Source of the DNA: Patescibacteria group bacterium | GTDB lineage: Bacteria > Patescibacteriota > Microgenomatia > Levybacterales > UBA12049 | Length of the DNA: 64,000 nucleotides | Reading direction: 5' to 3' | Assembly: GCA_038064195.1 (NCBI GenBank) | Contig: JBBTTO010000002.1 | Coordinates: 141,356-205,355 of the forward strand | Part shown: positions 28,627 through 38,522 of the stretch, piece after piece | Position numbering within the stretch: the stretch's first letter is position 1 | How the letters are laid out: every line of letters starts with the position of its first letter | Translations under genes and position numbers: made by a program | Notes under the pieces: generated by a model | What the model saw: only the letters and a program-made list of their open reading frames with translations | Database searches by the model: none | Told to the model about the DNA's origin: nothing

Positions 28627-30993
28627 ATGGATATAGGATCAACAACATCAATCATACAAGTAATTTTTGAAGTCGTTTTCGGAACGGTTTTTTTCGTTTT
28701 ATTCAGTATCGGATTCGGGTATATCTTTCTTATCTGGTTGCGGAACAAAAATCGTGAGAAAGAGTCTCTCAACTCTGTGTTGCTTCAGGTCTCACTTCCA
28801 CGGGACAATGAGATCAAAATCGATGCTGCCGAGCAGCTTTTTGCCGCGTTGGCTTCAGTCCGAAAGCATAAAAAACTGGACTTTTTTAAAGGCCAGCCGC
28901 ACATTTCCTTTGAAGTTGTCGGGATGCCCGGAGATATTCGTTTTTATGTCAATACTCCGGCGTATCTGCGCGACTTTGTTGAAAAGCAAATCAACGGAGC
29001 CTATCCGGATGCTGAAATAGTCTATGTCAGCGACCCCACGGCCAAGCAAAAAGAAAATGCTATTTTGGCCGGAGAATACAATATTTTTTCAGAGACAGGC
29101 AAGGTAGCCTTTGCTTCATTATCACTCAAATACAGTGATTACAAGCCGATCAGGGTTTTTAAAGATTTAGCAGTTGACGGGATGGGGTCAATTACCTCAA
29201 TTCTTGCCAAAATGAGTGAAGGGGAAGGGGCTGCTATTCAAATCCTCATTCAGCCGGCAAGCAGTAAGTGGAAGAAGATCGGACGCGATTTTCTCTCCAA
29301 AACCAAAAAAACCGAGGCAAATCCTGAGACTGCCAAGTATTCCTCAGATGCCAAGGAGATTGAGGCAATTGAGAGTAAGTTGAGTAAGCCCGGGTTTAAC
29401 GCAGTAGTGCGAATTGTCGTCTCCTCATCCTCCAAAGAAGCAGCCGAAGCGCATCTTTCAAACATGATTAATGCGTTCGGACAGTACGTAGGTTCCAACA
29501 TCTTTCATAAAAACAGACACTGGTTTAAGGGGCTTTTTGTCACAGATTTTATTTATCGCTACTTTCCGCTTCGCGGACAGACGTCAGTGCTGTCAAGTGA
29601 TGAATTGGCAACGATTTTTCATTTTCCTAACAAAGCTGTACAAACACCGGGTATTCACTGGGTTAATTCCAAACGCGCTCCGGCTCCGGCCAGTATTCCC
29701 TCAGAGGGACTTTACCTGGGGAGGAGTACATTTCGTGGTCTGAGTAAACCTGTCTTTATCGGTAAGTCAGATAGACAACGCCACATGTATATCATCGGTA
29801 AGACAGGTACGGGTAAGTCCGAATTCCTTAAGCAATCAATCATGCAGGATATCAAAAACGGTGAAGGGCTAGCCGTTATTGATCCTCACGGAGATCTTAT
29901 TGAGGATATCCTGATGCTGATGCCACCAGAGAGAGCCGAAGATGTCATTCTTTTTGACCCAGCCGACGTTGAGCAGCCGATGGGTTTTAATATGCTTGAG
30001 GCACATACGGAGCAGCAGCGACATTTGGTCGTTACCTCAGTTATCGGGCTCATGTATAAGCTTTTCGATCCCAATAAAACAGGTATTATCGGACCCCGTT
30101 TTGAACACGCAGTTCGTAACGCCATGCTGACATGTATGTATCAGCCGGGTGCGACTTTCATGGAGGTCGTTCGTGCCCTCACCGATCAGAATTTCGTACA
30201 GGAACTTCTGCCAAAAGTGGAGGATCCGGTTATCAGACGCTACTGGACAGACCAGATCGCCCAGACAAGTGATTTTCATAAATCAGAAGTGCTTGATTAT
30301 ATCGTCTCGAAATTCGGCCGTTTTGTAACTAACAAAATGATCAGAAATATTATCGGACAATCAGAAAGTGCCTTTAATTTCCGCGAGGCGATGGACACCA
30401 AGAAGATTCTGCTCATTAACCTCTCAAAAGGGAAAATAGGGGAGGAGAACTCAAGCTTTTTGGGACTTGTCCTGGTCCCCAAGATCCTGGTGGCTGCGAT
30501 GAGTAGGCAGGATATGCCGATGGAAGATCGTAAGGATTTCTTCCTCTATGTCGATGAGTTTCAGAACTTTGCTACTCCTGATTTTGCCCAAATTTTGTCT
30601 GAGGCTCGTAAATATCGCCTCAATCTGATTGTGGCCAATCAATTCGTCGGACAGATGGAGGAAGAGGTCAAAAACGCTATTTTTGGGAACGTCGGTACGA
30701 TTTGTTCTTTTCGTGTGGGTGTGACTGATGCAAATTATTTGGCGCATGAATTTCAACCCATCTTTGGTGAGGCGGATCTTATCAACATCGATCGTTTTAA
30801 CTGCTATATGCGAACAATTATCGGAGGAGAACCTGTGCCGCCGTTCTCACTTGATACCACAAAAGACATCGAAGCTGAGCAAAAGGCTAAGGACCCTCGC
30901 GTGGCGGCTTTGGTCAAAGAGCTTTCACGGCTTAAATACGGGCGTAATGTCCAGGTCGTTGAGGCAGAGATCAACCAACGCGCGAAGTTATAG
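28627..30993 (+). CDS. VirD4/TraD/HerA-like membrane ATPase (CPR conserved)
   Basis: HMYIIGKTGTGKS, IDPHGD, LYVDEFQNF, LSEARKYRL. Confidence 0.88.
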   Translation: MDIGSTTSIIQVIFEVVFGTVFFVLFSIGFGYIFLIWLRNKNREKESLNSVLLQVSLPRDNEIKIDAAEQLFAALASVRKHKKLDFFKGQPHISFEVVGMPGDIRFYVNTPAYLRDFVEKQINGAYPDAEIVYVSDPTAKQKENAILAGEYNIFSETGKVAFASLSLKYSDYKPIRVFKDLAVDGMGSITSILAKMSEGEGAAIQILIQPASSKWKKIGRDFLSKTKKTEANPETAKYSSDAKEIEAIESKLSKPGFNAVVRIVVSSSSKEAAEAHLSNMINAFGQYVGSNIFHKNRHWFKGLFVTDFIYRYFPLRGQTSVLSSDELATIFHFPNKAVQTPGIHWVNSKRAPAPASIPSEGLYLGRSTFRGLSKPVFIGKSDRQRHMYIIGKTGTGKSEFLKQSIMQDIKNGEGLAVIDPHGDLIEDILMLMPPERAEDVILFDPADVEQPMGFNMLEAHTEQQRHLVVTSVIGLMYKLFDPNKTGIIGPRFEHAVRNAMLTCMYQPGATFMEVVRALTDQNFVQELLPKVEDPVIRRYWTDQIAQTSDFHKSEVLDYIVSKFGRFVTNKMIRNIIGQSESAFNFREAMDTKKILLINLSKGKIGEENSSFLGLVLVPKILVAAMSRQDMPMEDRKDFFLYVDEFQNFATPDFAQILSEARKYRLNLIVANQFVGQMEEEVKNAIFGNVGTICSFRVGVTDANYLAHEFQPIFGEADLINIDRFNCYMRTIIGGEPVPPFSLDTTKDIEAEQKAKDPRVAALVKELSRLKYGRNVQVVEAEINQRAKL

Positions 30994-31035
30994 ACTTCAT
31001 CTAGCCTCCTATTTCTGCTACAATCGCTATACTTT

Positions 31036-31107
31036 GGGTCTGTAGCTCAGTGGTAGAGCGCGTCTCTTATAAAGCCGATGTCGATGGTTCGATCCCATCC
31101 AGACCCA
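31036..31107 (+). tRNA. tRNA-Ile(TAT)
   Basis: GGGTCTG/CAGACCC acceptor; anticodon loop CT-TAT-AA (31068-31070); GGTTCGATCC T arm. Confidence 0.88.
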
Positions 31108-31110
31108 CTT

Positions 31111-31656
31111 ATGAAAACTCTTGATTTTGCCTTCCTAATCGGTAAATTAAAAAGAGTCCCCCGTACCGGTTGGATAGATCACAAAGTCCATGATCCGGAA
31201 AGTGTAGCGGAACATTCTTACCGTATGGCTCTTTTGGTAATGGTTCTTGCCCCAAAGCTTAATATTGACGTAACAAAAACAATGAAAATTGCCTTAATTC
31301 ACGACTTAGCTGAGGCAGAAATTGGTGATATCGTAACATTGCGTGGCACAAAAATTGTTGGTGACGTGATTGAGAAGAGAGCAAAAGAGGCAGAAGCGAT
31401 GCGGGGTATCGCTCAGATGCTTGAAATCAGCGAATTGGAGTCCCTTTTCAGAGAATACGGAGAACAGAGTAGCCCTGAAGCACGCATAGTCAAGCAATTA
31501 GATAGGCTTGAGATGCTTATCCAAGCTTATGAATATGAAACTGAACAAAAAATTGACCTGGAAGAATTCTTTATTGCCACAAGACCTGAGCTAGTAGGAA
31601 AAGAAATGGAAGGGCTTCTCCAAGAATTAGAGAAAAGACGAGAACAGAAGGATTAA
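31111..31656 (+). CDS. HD-domain 5'-deoxynucleotidase-like (HDDC2/YGK1 family)
   Basis: LK...RTGW, ESVAEHS, HDLAE...GD, D.LE. Confidence 0.88.
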   Translation: MKTLDFAFLIGKLKRVPRTGWIDHKVHDPESVAEHSYRMALLVMVLAPKLNIDVTKTMKIALIHDLAEAEIGDIVTLRGTKIVGDVIEKRAKEAEAMRGIAQMLEISELESLFREYGEQSSPEARIVKQLDRLEMLIQAYEYETEQKIDLEEFFIATRPELVGKEMEGLLQELEKRREQKD

Positions 31657-32513
31657 AGCTCAGAGAGAGTAGAGGTGTCTTTAGCTCGTTCTTTAACGTA
31701 TTCCAAGTATCTTTCAGTAGTTGATATCCTTTTGTGTCCAAGAATTTTCGAAAGGAGTACTAAAGATACTCCATGCTTGAGGTGATGCGCCACAAAGGTA
31801 TGACGAAGGTCATTGACCTTGGCATTTTCAATCTCAGCGATACGGAAATAACGCTCGATTGCGGTACGAATGTTACGGACAAGGAAAGGCTTACCTGATT
31901 TGGTGATAAAGACGTGGTCATCTGTTACTTGCGGGCGGTTTTTAAGGTAGTTATGTAAGGCTTCTTTAGCCGGGCGATTGAGGGGGACCATGCGGGCTGC
32001 ATGTTTTTCGTAGGGGCGGATGCTCAATTCTTCTCCCTGGATATCTGAAAGGCGGAGCTCAGCCAGCTCGCCGATGCGAATACCTGTCTGAAGAAGGAGC
32101 TCAATGATAGCAAACATACGCGCGTCGTGGCGGGCTGCGTCGCGGAGTGCGCGATATTCTGTCGGTTTAAGGATACGGGGTGGAGCTAATTCATATCTTG
32201 GATGAGAGACAAGAAGGGACGGATCGTCAGTAATCATCTCATTAACTTTCAAAAACCTATAAAACGTACGTGTAGAGTTCAGTTTGCGGGAAAGAGACTT
32301 AGGCGTATAGCCTTTTTCTGACATTTTCGCGAGGAATGCCTGAAGATCATTAGACGTAACATCACCCACGTGATGCTTGTTCATCTCCTCGAGAAACGAA
32401 GCTAACTGCTCGATATCCTTGCCGTATGCTAGAATAGTGCTACTCGAATGTTTCTTTCCTTTAAGGAAATCTATAAATTTTTGGTGGGCATCAGTGATCT
32501 TTGTAGGTTGCAT
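31653..32513 (-). CDS. XerC/D-family tyrosine recombinase
   Basis: SAM-like N-domain, TGIRIGEL, LRHTF, LGH....TT.RY. Confidence 0.9.
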   Translation of the reverse strand: MQPTKITDAHQKFIDFLKGKKHSSSTILAYGKDIEQLASFLEEMNKHHVGDVTSNDLQAFLAKMSEKGYTPKSLSRKLNSTRTFYRFLKVNEMITDDPSLLVSHPRYELAPPRILKPTEYRALRDAARHDARMFAIIELLLQTGIRIGELAELRLSDIQGEELSIRPYEKHAARMVPLNRPAKEALHNYLKNRPQVTDDHVFITKSGKPFLVRNIRTAIERYFRIAEIENAKVNDLRHTFVAHHLKHGVSLVLLSKILGHKRISTTERYLEYVKERAKDTSTLSEL

Positions 32514-32609
32514 AAGGATTGATTATCCCATAATATCAGCTGGTTTGCAAGTAGTCAAGAGACAAATACGAGGATCTATACATTCGTAAAGATTGAGGAC
32601 ACAACCTAA

Positions 32610-32972
32610 ATGAAGAAAATACTCTATTTGCTTATACTCATCATTTCCGTATTTATCAGCAATAATTTAATCCGTTCTACGCTTAATTTATGGCAAAAAA
32701 ATCATTTAGTGAGTGATGCCCAGCATGAACTGCAAAAGGAAAAAAATGACAATGAAAAACTCAAAGATCAATTAGCGCGGGTAAAAAGGCCTGATTTCGT
32801 TGAGGAAGAGGCAAGGGATAAGCTTTTTATGGTCAAACCGGGGGAGAAGATGGTTTTGGTTGGGGGTGGAGGAGGGTCAGTTCTAGGTGAACGAAAGCGT
32901 GCTCAGGAAATCTCCCTGCCAACCTGGAAGCAGTGGTGGAATATCTTTTTTGGAGATAATGAAGAGCAGTAA
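32610..32972 (+). CDS. Septum formation initiator (FtsB/DivIC family)
   Basis: TM + coiled coil + EEEARDKL.MVKPGE. Confidence 0.85.
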   Translation: MKKILYLLILIISVFISNNLIRSTLNLWQKNHLVSDAQHELQKEKNDNEKLKDQLARVKRPDFVEEEARDKLFMVKPGEKMVLVGGGGGSVLGERKRAQEISLPTWKQWWNIFFGDNEEQ

Positions 32973-32985
32973 GGCAAAAATTAAC

Positions 32986-33015
32986 AAAAAAAACAGGTCT
33001 TAAGACCTGTTTTTT
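32986..33015. terminator. Bidirectional intrinsic terminator
   Basis: A8-CAGGTCT TA AGACCTG-T6. Confidence 0.85.
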
Positions 33016-33022
33016 ATCTGTG

Positions 33023-33090
33023 TTGCGGGGCTACTATCGAAAATAGACTGCAAGATTATGAGCCTCGCGTGCACCTTACACTACCCCGCG
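33023..33090 (-). tRNA. Degenerate initiator-type tRNA-Met(CAT)-like element
   Basis: CGCGGGG/CCCCGCA acceptor with C1-A72 mismatch, loop CTCATAA, short D loop, aberrant T arm CTATT-TTCGAT-AGTAG. Confidence 0.65.
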
Positions 33091-33092
33091 CG

Positions 33093-33213
33093 CTTCACGT
33101 AGGACAAAACCTACGGTTTTTTCCTAACGATTTTCCCTAAGAGGTTGTGTTGTCGCTTATCCTCATGCGAGCGCGACGGCGCACAACTATTTATAAGGGG
33201 AAAAGAGGTGAAG
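33093..33213 (-). ncRNA. Putative structured RNA (long interrupted hairpin), unassigned
   Basis: Nested inverted repeats TTTTCCC/GGGAAAA, GTTGTG/CACAAC, GTCGC/GCGAC plus CGTAGG/CCTACG. Confidence 0.45.
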
Positions 33214-33216
33214 TAC

Positions 33217-33245
33217 ATTATAACATTTGATTTAGCTACGGTCAA
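33217..33245 (-). promoter_or_regulatory. Near-consensus sigma70 promoter
   Basis: TTGACC-17 bp-TATAAT on minus strand; overlaps a divergent TTGATT-18-TATACT for tRNA-Met. Confidence 0.75.
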
Positions 33246-33308
33246 ACTGGTATACTTGTGAGGCTAAATTCATCTCGGTGTCTTTAGTTCTTAATCAAAA
33301 AAAAGCCC

Positions 33309-33382
33309 GGCAGGGTAGCTCAGTCGGTTAGAGCACAGCATTCATAACGCTGAGGTCGTGGGTTCGATCCCCACTCCTGCTA
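33309..33382 (+). tRNA. tRNA-Met(CAT), probably elongator
   Basis: GGCAGGG/TCCTGCT acceptor, loop TT-CAT-AA, GGTTCGATCC. Confidence 0.88.
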
Positions 33383-33392
33383 CTTAAAGTAT

Positions 33393-34151
33393 ATGACAGC
33401 CCAATCTCCTATAGGTATCCTCGATTCAGGAGTGGGTGGCTTGAGTGTGTGGCGAGAGATTGCCAGATTTTTGCCCCAGGAACAAACGCTCTATGTAGCT
33501 GACTCTGTCAACGCCCCCTATGGCAACAAATCAGAGGAAGAAATCTTCGATCTCGCCTCACGGGTTATTGAGTTTCTGCTTACTCAGCATGTTAAGCTCA
33601 TTGTAGCTGCGTGTAATACCATTACGGTGAGCTGTATTGACAGGCTGCGGCAAGCATACCCACAGATTGAAATCGTAGGCGTTGTACCTGCTATCAAAAC
33701 GGCAGTAGCTCTCAGTAAGCGCAAAAAAATCGGAGTTTTGGCCACCGAAAGAACTGCCAAAAGCTCGTATCAGCATGAGCTTATTAAGAAATTTGCCCGA
33801 AAATGCGAAGTCATAACTGTGGGCACCAATAAGTTTGTTCCCTTGATTGAGAGAGGGGAGGAGGGGCAAATTCGTGAGGTCTTACTCTCAGTTCTCAAGC
33901 CTTTTATAAAGCACGAGATTGATGTAGTCGTGCTTGGTTGTACGCATTATCCACTTATTGCTGATTTGATCCAGGAAGAATTAGGGAGGGAAGTGAGGCT
34001 CATTGACTCAGGTGAAGCGATCGCCAGGCGGGTAGAGGTCCTTCTTACAAAACACAAATTAAAATCTAAGCAAAAAGCAGGTGAAAATCGTTTTTTTACC
34101 ACAGGATCAGTTGAAAAAGCTGATCGTATATTGCATCGATTAGCCCGCTAA
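33393..34151 (+). CDS. murI: Glutamate racemase
   Basis: DSGVGGLSV, PYG.K, ACNT, LGCTHYP. Confidence 0.95.
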   Translation: MTAQSPIGILDSGVGGLSVWREIARFLPQEQTLYVADSVNAPYGNKSEEEIFDLASRVIEFLLTQHVKLIVAACNTITVSCIDRLRQAYPQIEIVGVVPAIKTAVALSKRKKIGVLATERTAKSSYQHELIKKFARKCEVITVGTNKFVPLIERGEEGQIREVLLSVLKPFIKHEIDVVVLGCTHYPLIADLIQEELGREVRLIDSGEAIARRVEVLLTKHKLKSKQKAGENRFFTTGSVEKADRILHRLAR

Positions 34152-34353
34152 ATAAAGAAAAAGAGGCCGGAGGATAGGAGAGTCCTATAATGAAAAAAGT
34201 ACGAAAGATAGAGTTTGATATAGTTATTTCACGGGGCAACGGCAGTTTTCACAGAATCAGCATATGACACTAGAGACTGCTAATTGTGGATAACTCAGCC
34301 TGTCGGCTGTCAGGCAAACTTGACGACAGATGAATTTATTAGTATGATTGCTT

Positions 34354-35526
34354 ATGGACCAACACATTTTCCCCCAGGCTCTTACTTTCGATGATGTCCT
34401 TCTCCTCCCCGGTTACAGTGAATTTTCACGAGGCGAGATCACACTCTCTGCCTCACTCACCCGGTCAATACGTCTTGACTCCCCTTTTGTATCAAGTCCG
34501 ATGGATACGGTGACAGAGTCAGGCTTGGCCATAGCTTTGGCTGAATTTGGCGGAATTGGCATCATTCATCGCAATTTGAGTGTCCCCGATCAAGCTACCG
34601 AGGTAGCGAAAGTCAAGGCTAAAAAACTGCTTGTCGGAGCGGCAGTGGGCGCCAACAAAGGCTTTGAGGAGCGTGTTGAGGCCTTGGTTAAAGCCAAAGT
34701 GGATGTCATCGTCATAGATTCAGCTCACGGCTATTCTGAGCCTATTCTATCTGCTCTCAAGCATATTAAGTCCCACTTCCCTGCTCTTCAGGTTATTGCC
34801 GGGAATATTGCCACCTTTGACGGTGCCAAAGCTCTTATTGAGGCAGGAGCTGACGGGTTGCGTGTCGGGATGGGACCGGGCGCTATATGTACCACTCGAG
34901 TAATCTCAGGTATGGGAGTGCCACAGGTGACGGCTTTACTTGAGACAGTCAGGGCAGCCAAGCCCCAGGGTATTCCGGTCATAGCTGACGGTGGTATTAA
35001 ATACTCAGGCGATATGGTGAAGGCTTTAGCAACGGGAGCAAGTACTGTCATGATGGGTTCGTTTTTTGCCTCAGCTTTGGAGTCTCCCGGTAAAGTCCAT
35101 GAACTCCTCCCGGATGAAGTTCCGTCTCGTTTTAAGAGTATTGCTACCTGCGGAGGAAAATGTGAAACACTTGAAATTCACGCCCAAAAACACGTTTATA
35201 AGTTTAAAGAGTATCGGGGTATGGGGTCAATTGCCGCTATGCAGAAAGGTGCTGCCATAAAGTCTGAAGGAGAATTCCATGGTAAAAGCTATAAAGATCG
35301 GGTCTTAGTCGCTGAAGGCGTAGAAGGACTTGTACCTGTTAAAGGGACGGTTAAAGAGCTGGTGGATCAATCTGTGGGTGGTATTAAATCAGGGATGTAT
35401 TATGTCGGCGCTAAAACAATTGAGGAGTTATGGGAGAAAGCACAATTTATGCAGATTACCCATGCCTCATTGACAGAATCTCACCCGCATGATATTTTGA
35501 TCACGAATCCGGGGGAAAATTATTAA
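34354..35526 (+). CDS. guaB: IMP dehydrogenase (short form, no CBS pair)
   Basis: [37 protein letters not shown]. Confidence 0.93.
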   Translation: MDQHIFPQALTFDDVLLLPGYSEFSRGEITLSASLTRSIRLDSPFVSSPMDTVTESGLAIALAEFGGIGIIHRNLSVPDQATEVAKVKAKKLLVGAAVGANKGFEERVEALVKAKVDVIVIDSAHGYSEPILSALKHIKSHFPALQVIAGNIATFDGAKALIEAGADGLRVGMGPGAICTTRVISGMGVPQVTALLETVRAAKPQGIPVIADGGIKYSGDMVKALATGASTVMMGSFFASALESPGKVHELLPDEVPSRFKSIATCGGKCETLEIHAQKHVYKFKEYRGMGSIAAMQKGAAIKSEGEFHGKSYKDRVLVAEGVEGLVPVKGTVKELVDQSVGGIKSGMYYVGAKTIEELWEKAQFMQITHASLTESHPHDILITNPGENY

Positions 35527-35528
35527 AT

Positions 35529-35936
35529 ATGCCAGAGAGAAAAGGAAGAATTGTTGTCAACCCACGAATCCTTGATCGTGAGGAACGTGAGGATCGTAGG
35601 GATGGTATGTCAACAGCGTCAATGGAGGATGCCCGAAGAGCTATTGCTCGTGGCGCAGCAAGGTTACGAGCTGCGATAGATGCACGAGAGGAGGAAGATA
35701 TGCAATTAGGCCCAATAGAAGATGGGCCGCGATATCCGGTGATTGCTTATTCCCAAGTACCAGAAGATGGGAGCGATGTAGGTCAGGCAGGGCAAGATTT
35801 TGATAAAAACGCAGAAGAGGTGCTCAGGATTGGCTATCAGCGACTTGACGCAGCAGGAGATGATCGAGCAGTACGAGCAAGAAGAATAAGGGCACGTCAT
35901 GTTCCTATGTACCCAAAAGTTGTGATCAATGCTTAA
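35529..35936 (+). CDS. Hypothetical charged protein
   Basis: 135-aa ORF 2 bp after guaB. Confidence 0.55.
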   Translation: MPERKGRIVVNPRILDREEREDRRDGMSTASMEDARRAIARGAARLRAAIDAREEEDMQLGPIEDGPRYPVIAYSQVPEDGSDVGQAGQDFDKNAEEVLRIGYQRLDAAGDDRAVRARRIRARHVPMYPKVVINA

Positions 35937-36952
35937 AGATAAGCTTCTAGGCCTTTGCCGGGGATAAAACTACTCGCAAAGGCAATCTCATTGCATCGTT
36001 TAAGTTCTTCAACTGTCAGCATCTTTTTTTCAAGGAGATAGTGAAACTGTCGACGAAGTTGCGCGTTTTCAATCATCTCAGGCCAATCCGTATTGATCGT
36101 AAATCGCACGTTATTTTCCATCAGTGTTTTGAGGATAAAGGCCAGCTCCTCATCATTTTCAACAGCTTTAGTCATAATATTTGATAGCGGACAGACTTCA
36201 AGTACTGTGCCACGTTTAACCAACTCCTTCATGAGTTTTTTATCATACGCAGCATAGATTCCATGCCCAATTCGTTTTGGTGACACAAACTCAAGTGCTT
36301 CCCACATATCATTTGCTTCTCTCACTTCCCCGCTGTGAGCTGTTATGTGAAGGCCTGCTTTTCTGGCTTTGTCTACAAGTTTTGCGTAGTCTTTGTAATG
36401 GAATGTGGAGGTTGCCCTTCCGGCAAAATCAATACCCACCACTCCCCTTTTGTGATATTTGATAGCCTTTTCAATGATAATACTGTTTTGTTCCAGGGTA
36501 AATTCGCGGGCGAGACAGAATATAAGTCCGACTGAGAGCTTGGGGTACTCAAGTAAGGCTCTTTCCATACCTCTGAGCATAGCCATGATGATATGATCAA
36601 GGTCCACAGTCCCGGCATGGTTATGTTTCATGGGATTATTACGCAGTTCAATAAGGGTAGTGTTATTGGAACGGTACGCTCCTCCGAGAATTTCGTAGGT
36701 TGCTCTCTCAACTGCCAGTGTGCCTGACGAAAGCGGGTCAAGAATTGGGTCATATACTTGATCAAAATAATCATTAAGTGAGAGCTTGTTCTGAGGGGAC
36801 AGCCTAACAAATGATTTGAACTCATGATATTCCCGCTTTGGTAATTTAAATCCCTGATCGTGGGCAATCTGCCAGTAAATGGAGGGATGGATTGAGGCGC
36901 TGAGGTGAGCGTGGAGTTCGGCGAGAGGAAATTGTGGGAACATGTCTGCCAT
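35933..36952 (-). CDS. add: Adenosine/adenine deaminase family
   Basis: ELHAHL, HSGE, RIGHG, LEVCPLSN, NTD.P. Confidence 0.9.
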   Translation of the reverse strand: MADMFPQFPLAELHAHLSASIHPSIYWQIAHDQGFKLPKREYHEFKSFVRLSPQNKLSLNDYFDQVYDPILDPLSSGTLAVERATYEILGGAYRSNNTTLIELRNNPMKHNHAGTVDLDHIIMAMLRGMERALLEYPKLSVGLIFCLAREFTLEQNSIIIEKAIKYHKRGVVGIDFAGRATSTFHYKDYAKLVDKARKAGLHITAHSGEVREANDMWEALEFVSPKRIGHGIYAAYDKKLMKELVKRGTVLEVCPLSNIMTKAVENDEELAFILKTLMENNVRFTINTDWPEMIENAQLRRQFHYLLEKKMLTVEELKRCNEIAFASSFIPGKGLEAYL

Positions 36953-36995
36953 AGTTGATTGTAGCATATAGGTGGTATTTCGTATATAATAAACT

Positions 36996-38522
36996 ATGAT
37001 TGTCGTTGTAGATTTCGGCTCCCAAACGGCAAACCTCATTGAACGCCGCATCCGTGATCTTGGTGTCACGACAAAATTTCTCCCTCCCGAAGAAGCGCTC
37101 GAATTTATTAAGAAAAATAGACCTGCAGGTATTATTTTGTCAGGCGGCCCCTCCTCTGTTTATGATGACGGCTCCCCTACTATCGATCCTGATATTTTCA
37201 AATTGGGTATTCCCTTACTCGCAATTTGTTATGGTATGCAGCTTATGATGTTACTTGATGGTGGGCAAGTCGTCTCAGGTAAAAAAGAATACGGTCCGGC
37301 TAAATTAAGAATTAAGAATCAAGAATTAAGAATGACGAAGAGTTTGGCTAGGGAATTTACGGTATGGATGTCACATGGCGATGAAGTTATCGCTATTCCT
37401 CCTCGATTTGAGGTTTTGGGTTCAACAGACCATGTCCCATATGCTTTGGTAGCAAATGATAAAGATAGACTCTATGGTCTGCTTTTTCATCCTGAAGTAG
37501 AACACACCGAGTACGGAGATACTATCCTTAAGAATTTTGTCGGGTTAACAGAAGCAAAGATTGAGAAGAAAGAGATAAATATTGAGGAAATCATTGAGGG
37601 CATAAGACAAAAGGTCGGTGATGCTGTCGTGATCGGTGCAGTATCGGGTGGCGTTGATTCAACTGTTGCTGCAGCCTTAACAGCCAAAGCCATCGGTAGA
37701 CAGTTTTATCCTTTTTACGTAGATAACGGTCTCATGCGAATCGGAACGACAGAGCAGGTACGAGACATATTCAAACATATAGGAGTGCCAGTCGATATTA
37801 TCGAATGTGAGAAGGAAATGTTATCACGATTAGAAGGAGTATCTGATCCTGAGAAGAAAAGAAAAATAATCGGAGGGTTTTATATAGAGAAATTTGAGGA
37901 GGAAATGCACAAGTTGCAAAAAACAGGCAAGAATGTAAAATTCCTGCTCCAAGGCACTATTTATTCTGACGTCATTGAGAGTAAAGGGACAAGACATGCC
38001 GATAAGATTAAGTCTCATCACAATGTCGGAGGACTGCCAGAGAATATGAAGCTTGATCTGCTTGAACCACTGAGGACTTTTTATAAGGATGAGGTGCGTG
38101 CTATAGGAAGTAGATTAGAGCTCCCTGATGAATTTGTTTGGAAGCAAGTCTTTCCGGGACCTGGTTATGGAGTGCGTATTCGGGGAGAGATAACACAAGA
38201 CAGGCTGATAGCCGAGAGAATGGCGGATAAGATCGTCATGGAAGAAATTACTAAGGCTGGTTGGTTACGCAAAGTGTATATGTCTTTTGCGATTATGACC
38301 GGGGCGGAGTCAACAGCTGTCAAAGGAGATGGGAGAGCATTTAGTGAGGTAGTTGCAGTGCGGGTAATTGAATCGAAGGATGTAATGACAACAAATTGGT
38401 CTCACCTCCCCTATGAAGTCTTGCAAAATATTTCAAGCCGGATTGTGAATGAAGTACCCCATATTTCCCGTGTGGTCTATGATATCACCACCAAGCCCCC
38501 GGCCACCATGGAGTGGGAGTAG
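36996..38522 (+). CDS. guaA: GMP synthase
   Basis: DFGSQ, ICYGMQ, FHPEV, SGGVDS, IKSHHNVGG, KPPATMEWE. Confidence 0.97.
   Translation: MIVVVDFGSQTANLIERRIRDLGVTTKFLPPEEALEFIKKNRPAGIILSGGPSSVYDDGSPTIDPDIFKLGIPLLAICYGMQLMMLLDGGQVVSGKKEYGPAKLRIKNQELRMTKSLAREFTVWMSHGDEVIAIPPRFEVLGSTDHVPYALVANDKDRLYGLLFHPEVEHTEYGDTILKNFVGLTEAKIEKKEINIEEIIEGIRQKVGDAVVIGAVSGGVDSTVAAALTAKAIGRQFYPFYVDNGLMRIGTTEQVRDIFKHIGVPVDIIECEKEMLSRLEGVSDPEKKRKIIGGFYIEKFEEEMHKLQKTGKNVKFLLQGTIYSDVIESKGTRHADKIKSHHNVGGLPENMKLDLLEPLRTFYKDEVRAIGSRLELPDEFVWKQVFPGPGYGVRIRGEITQDRLIAERMADKIVMEEITKAGWLRKVYMSFAIMTGAESTAVKGDGRAFSEVVAVRVIESKDVMTTNWSHLPYEVLQNISSRIVNEVPHISRVVYDITTKPPATMEWE

Noticed and set aside
28627-30993. Conjugative element
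   Set aside because: No relaxase, VirB4 or mating-pair genes nearby; this ATPase type is commonly chromosomal in CPR.
31653-32513. Xer recombinase as prophage/island integrase or as the array's enzyme
   Set aside because: It has housekeeping XerC/D architecture among core genes 10 kb away, and its C-terminus does not match the repeated tail; a trans role cannot be excluded but has no support.
33093-33213. SRP RNA or T-box identity for the hairpin
   Set aside because: It lacks the SRP GNRA/AGCAG domain IV motif and the T-box UGGNACC antiterminator.
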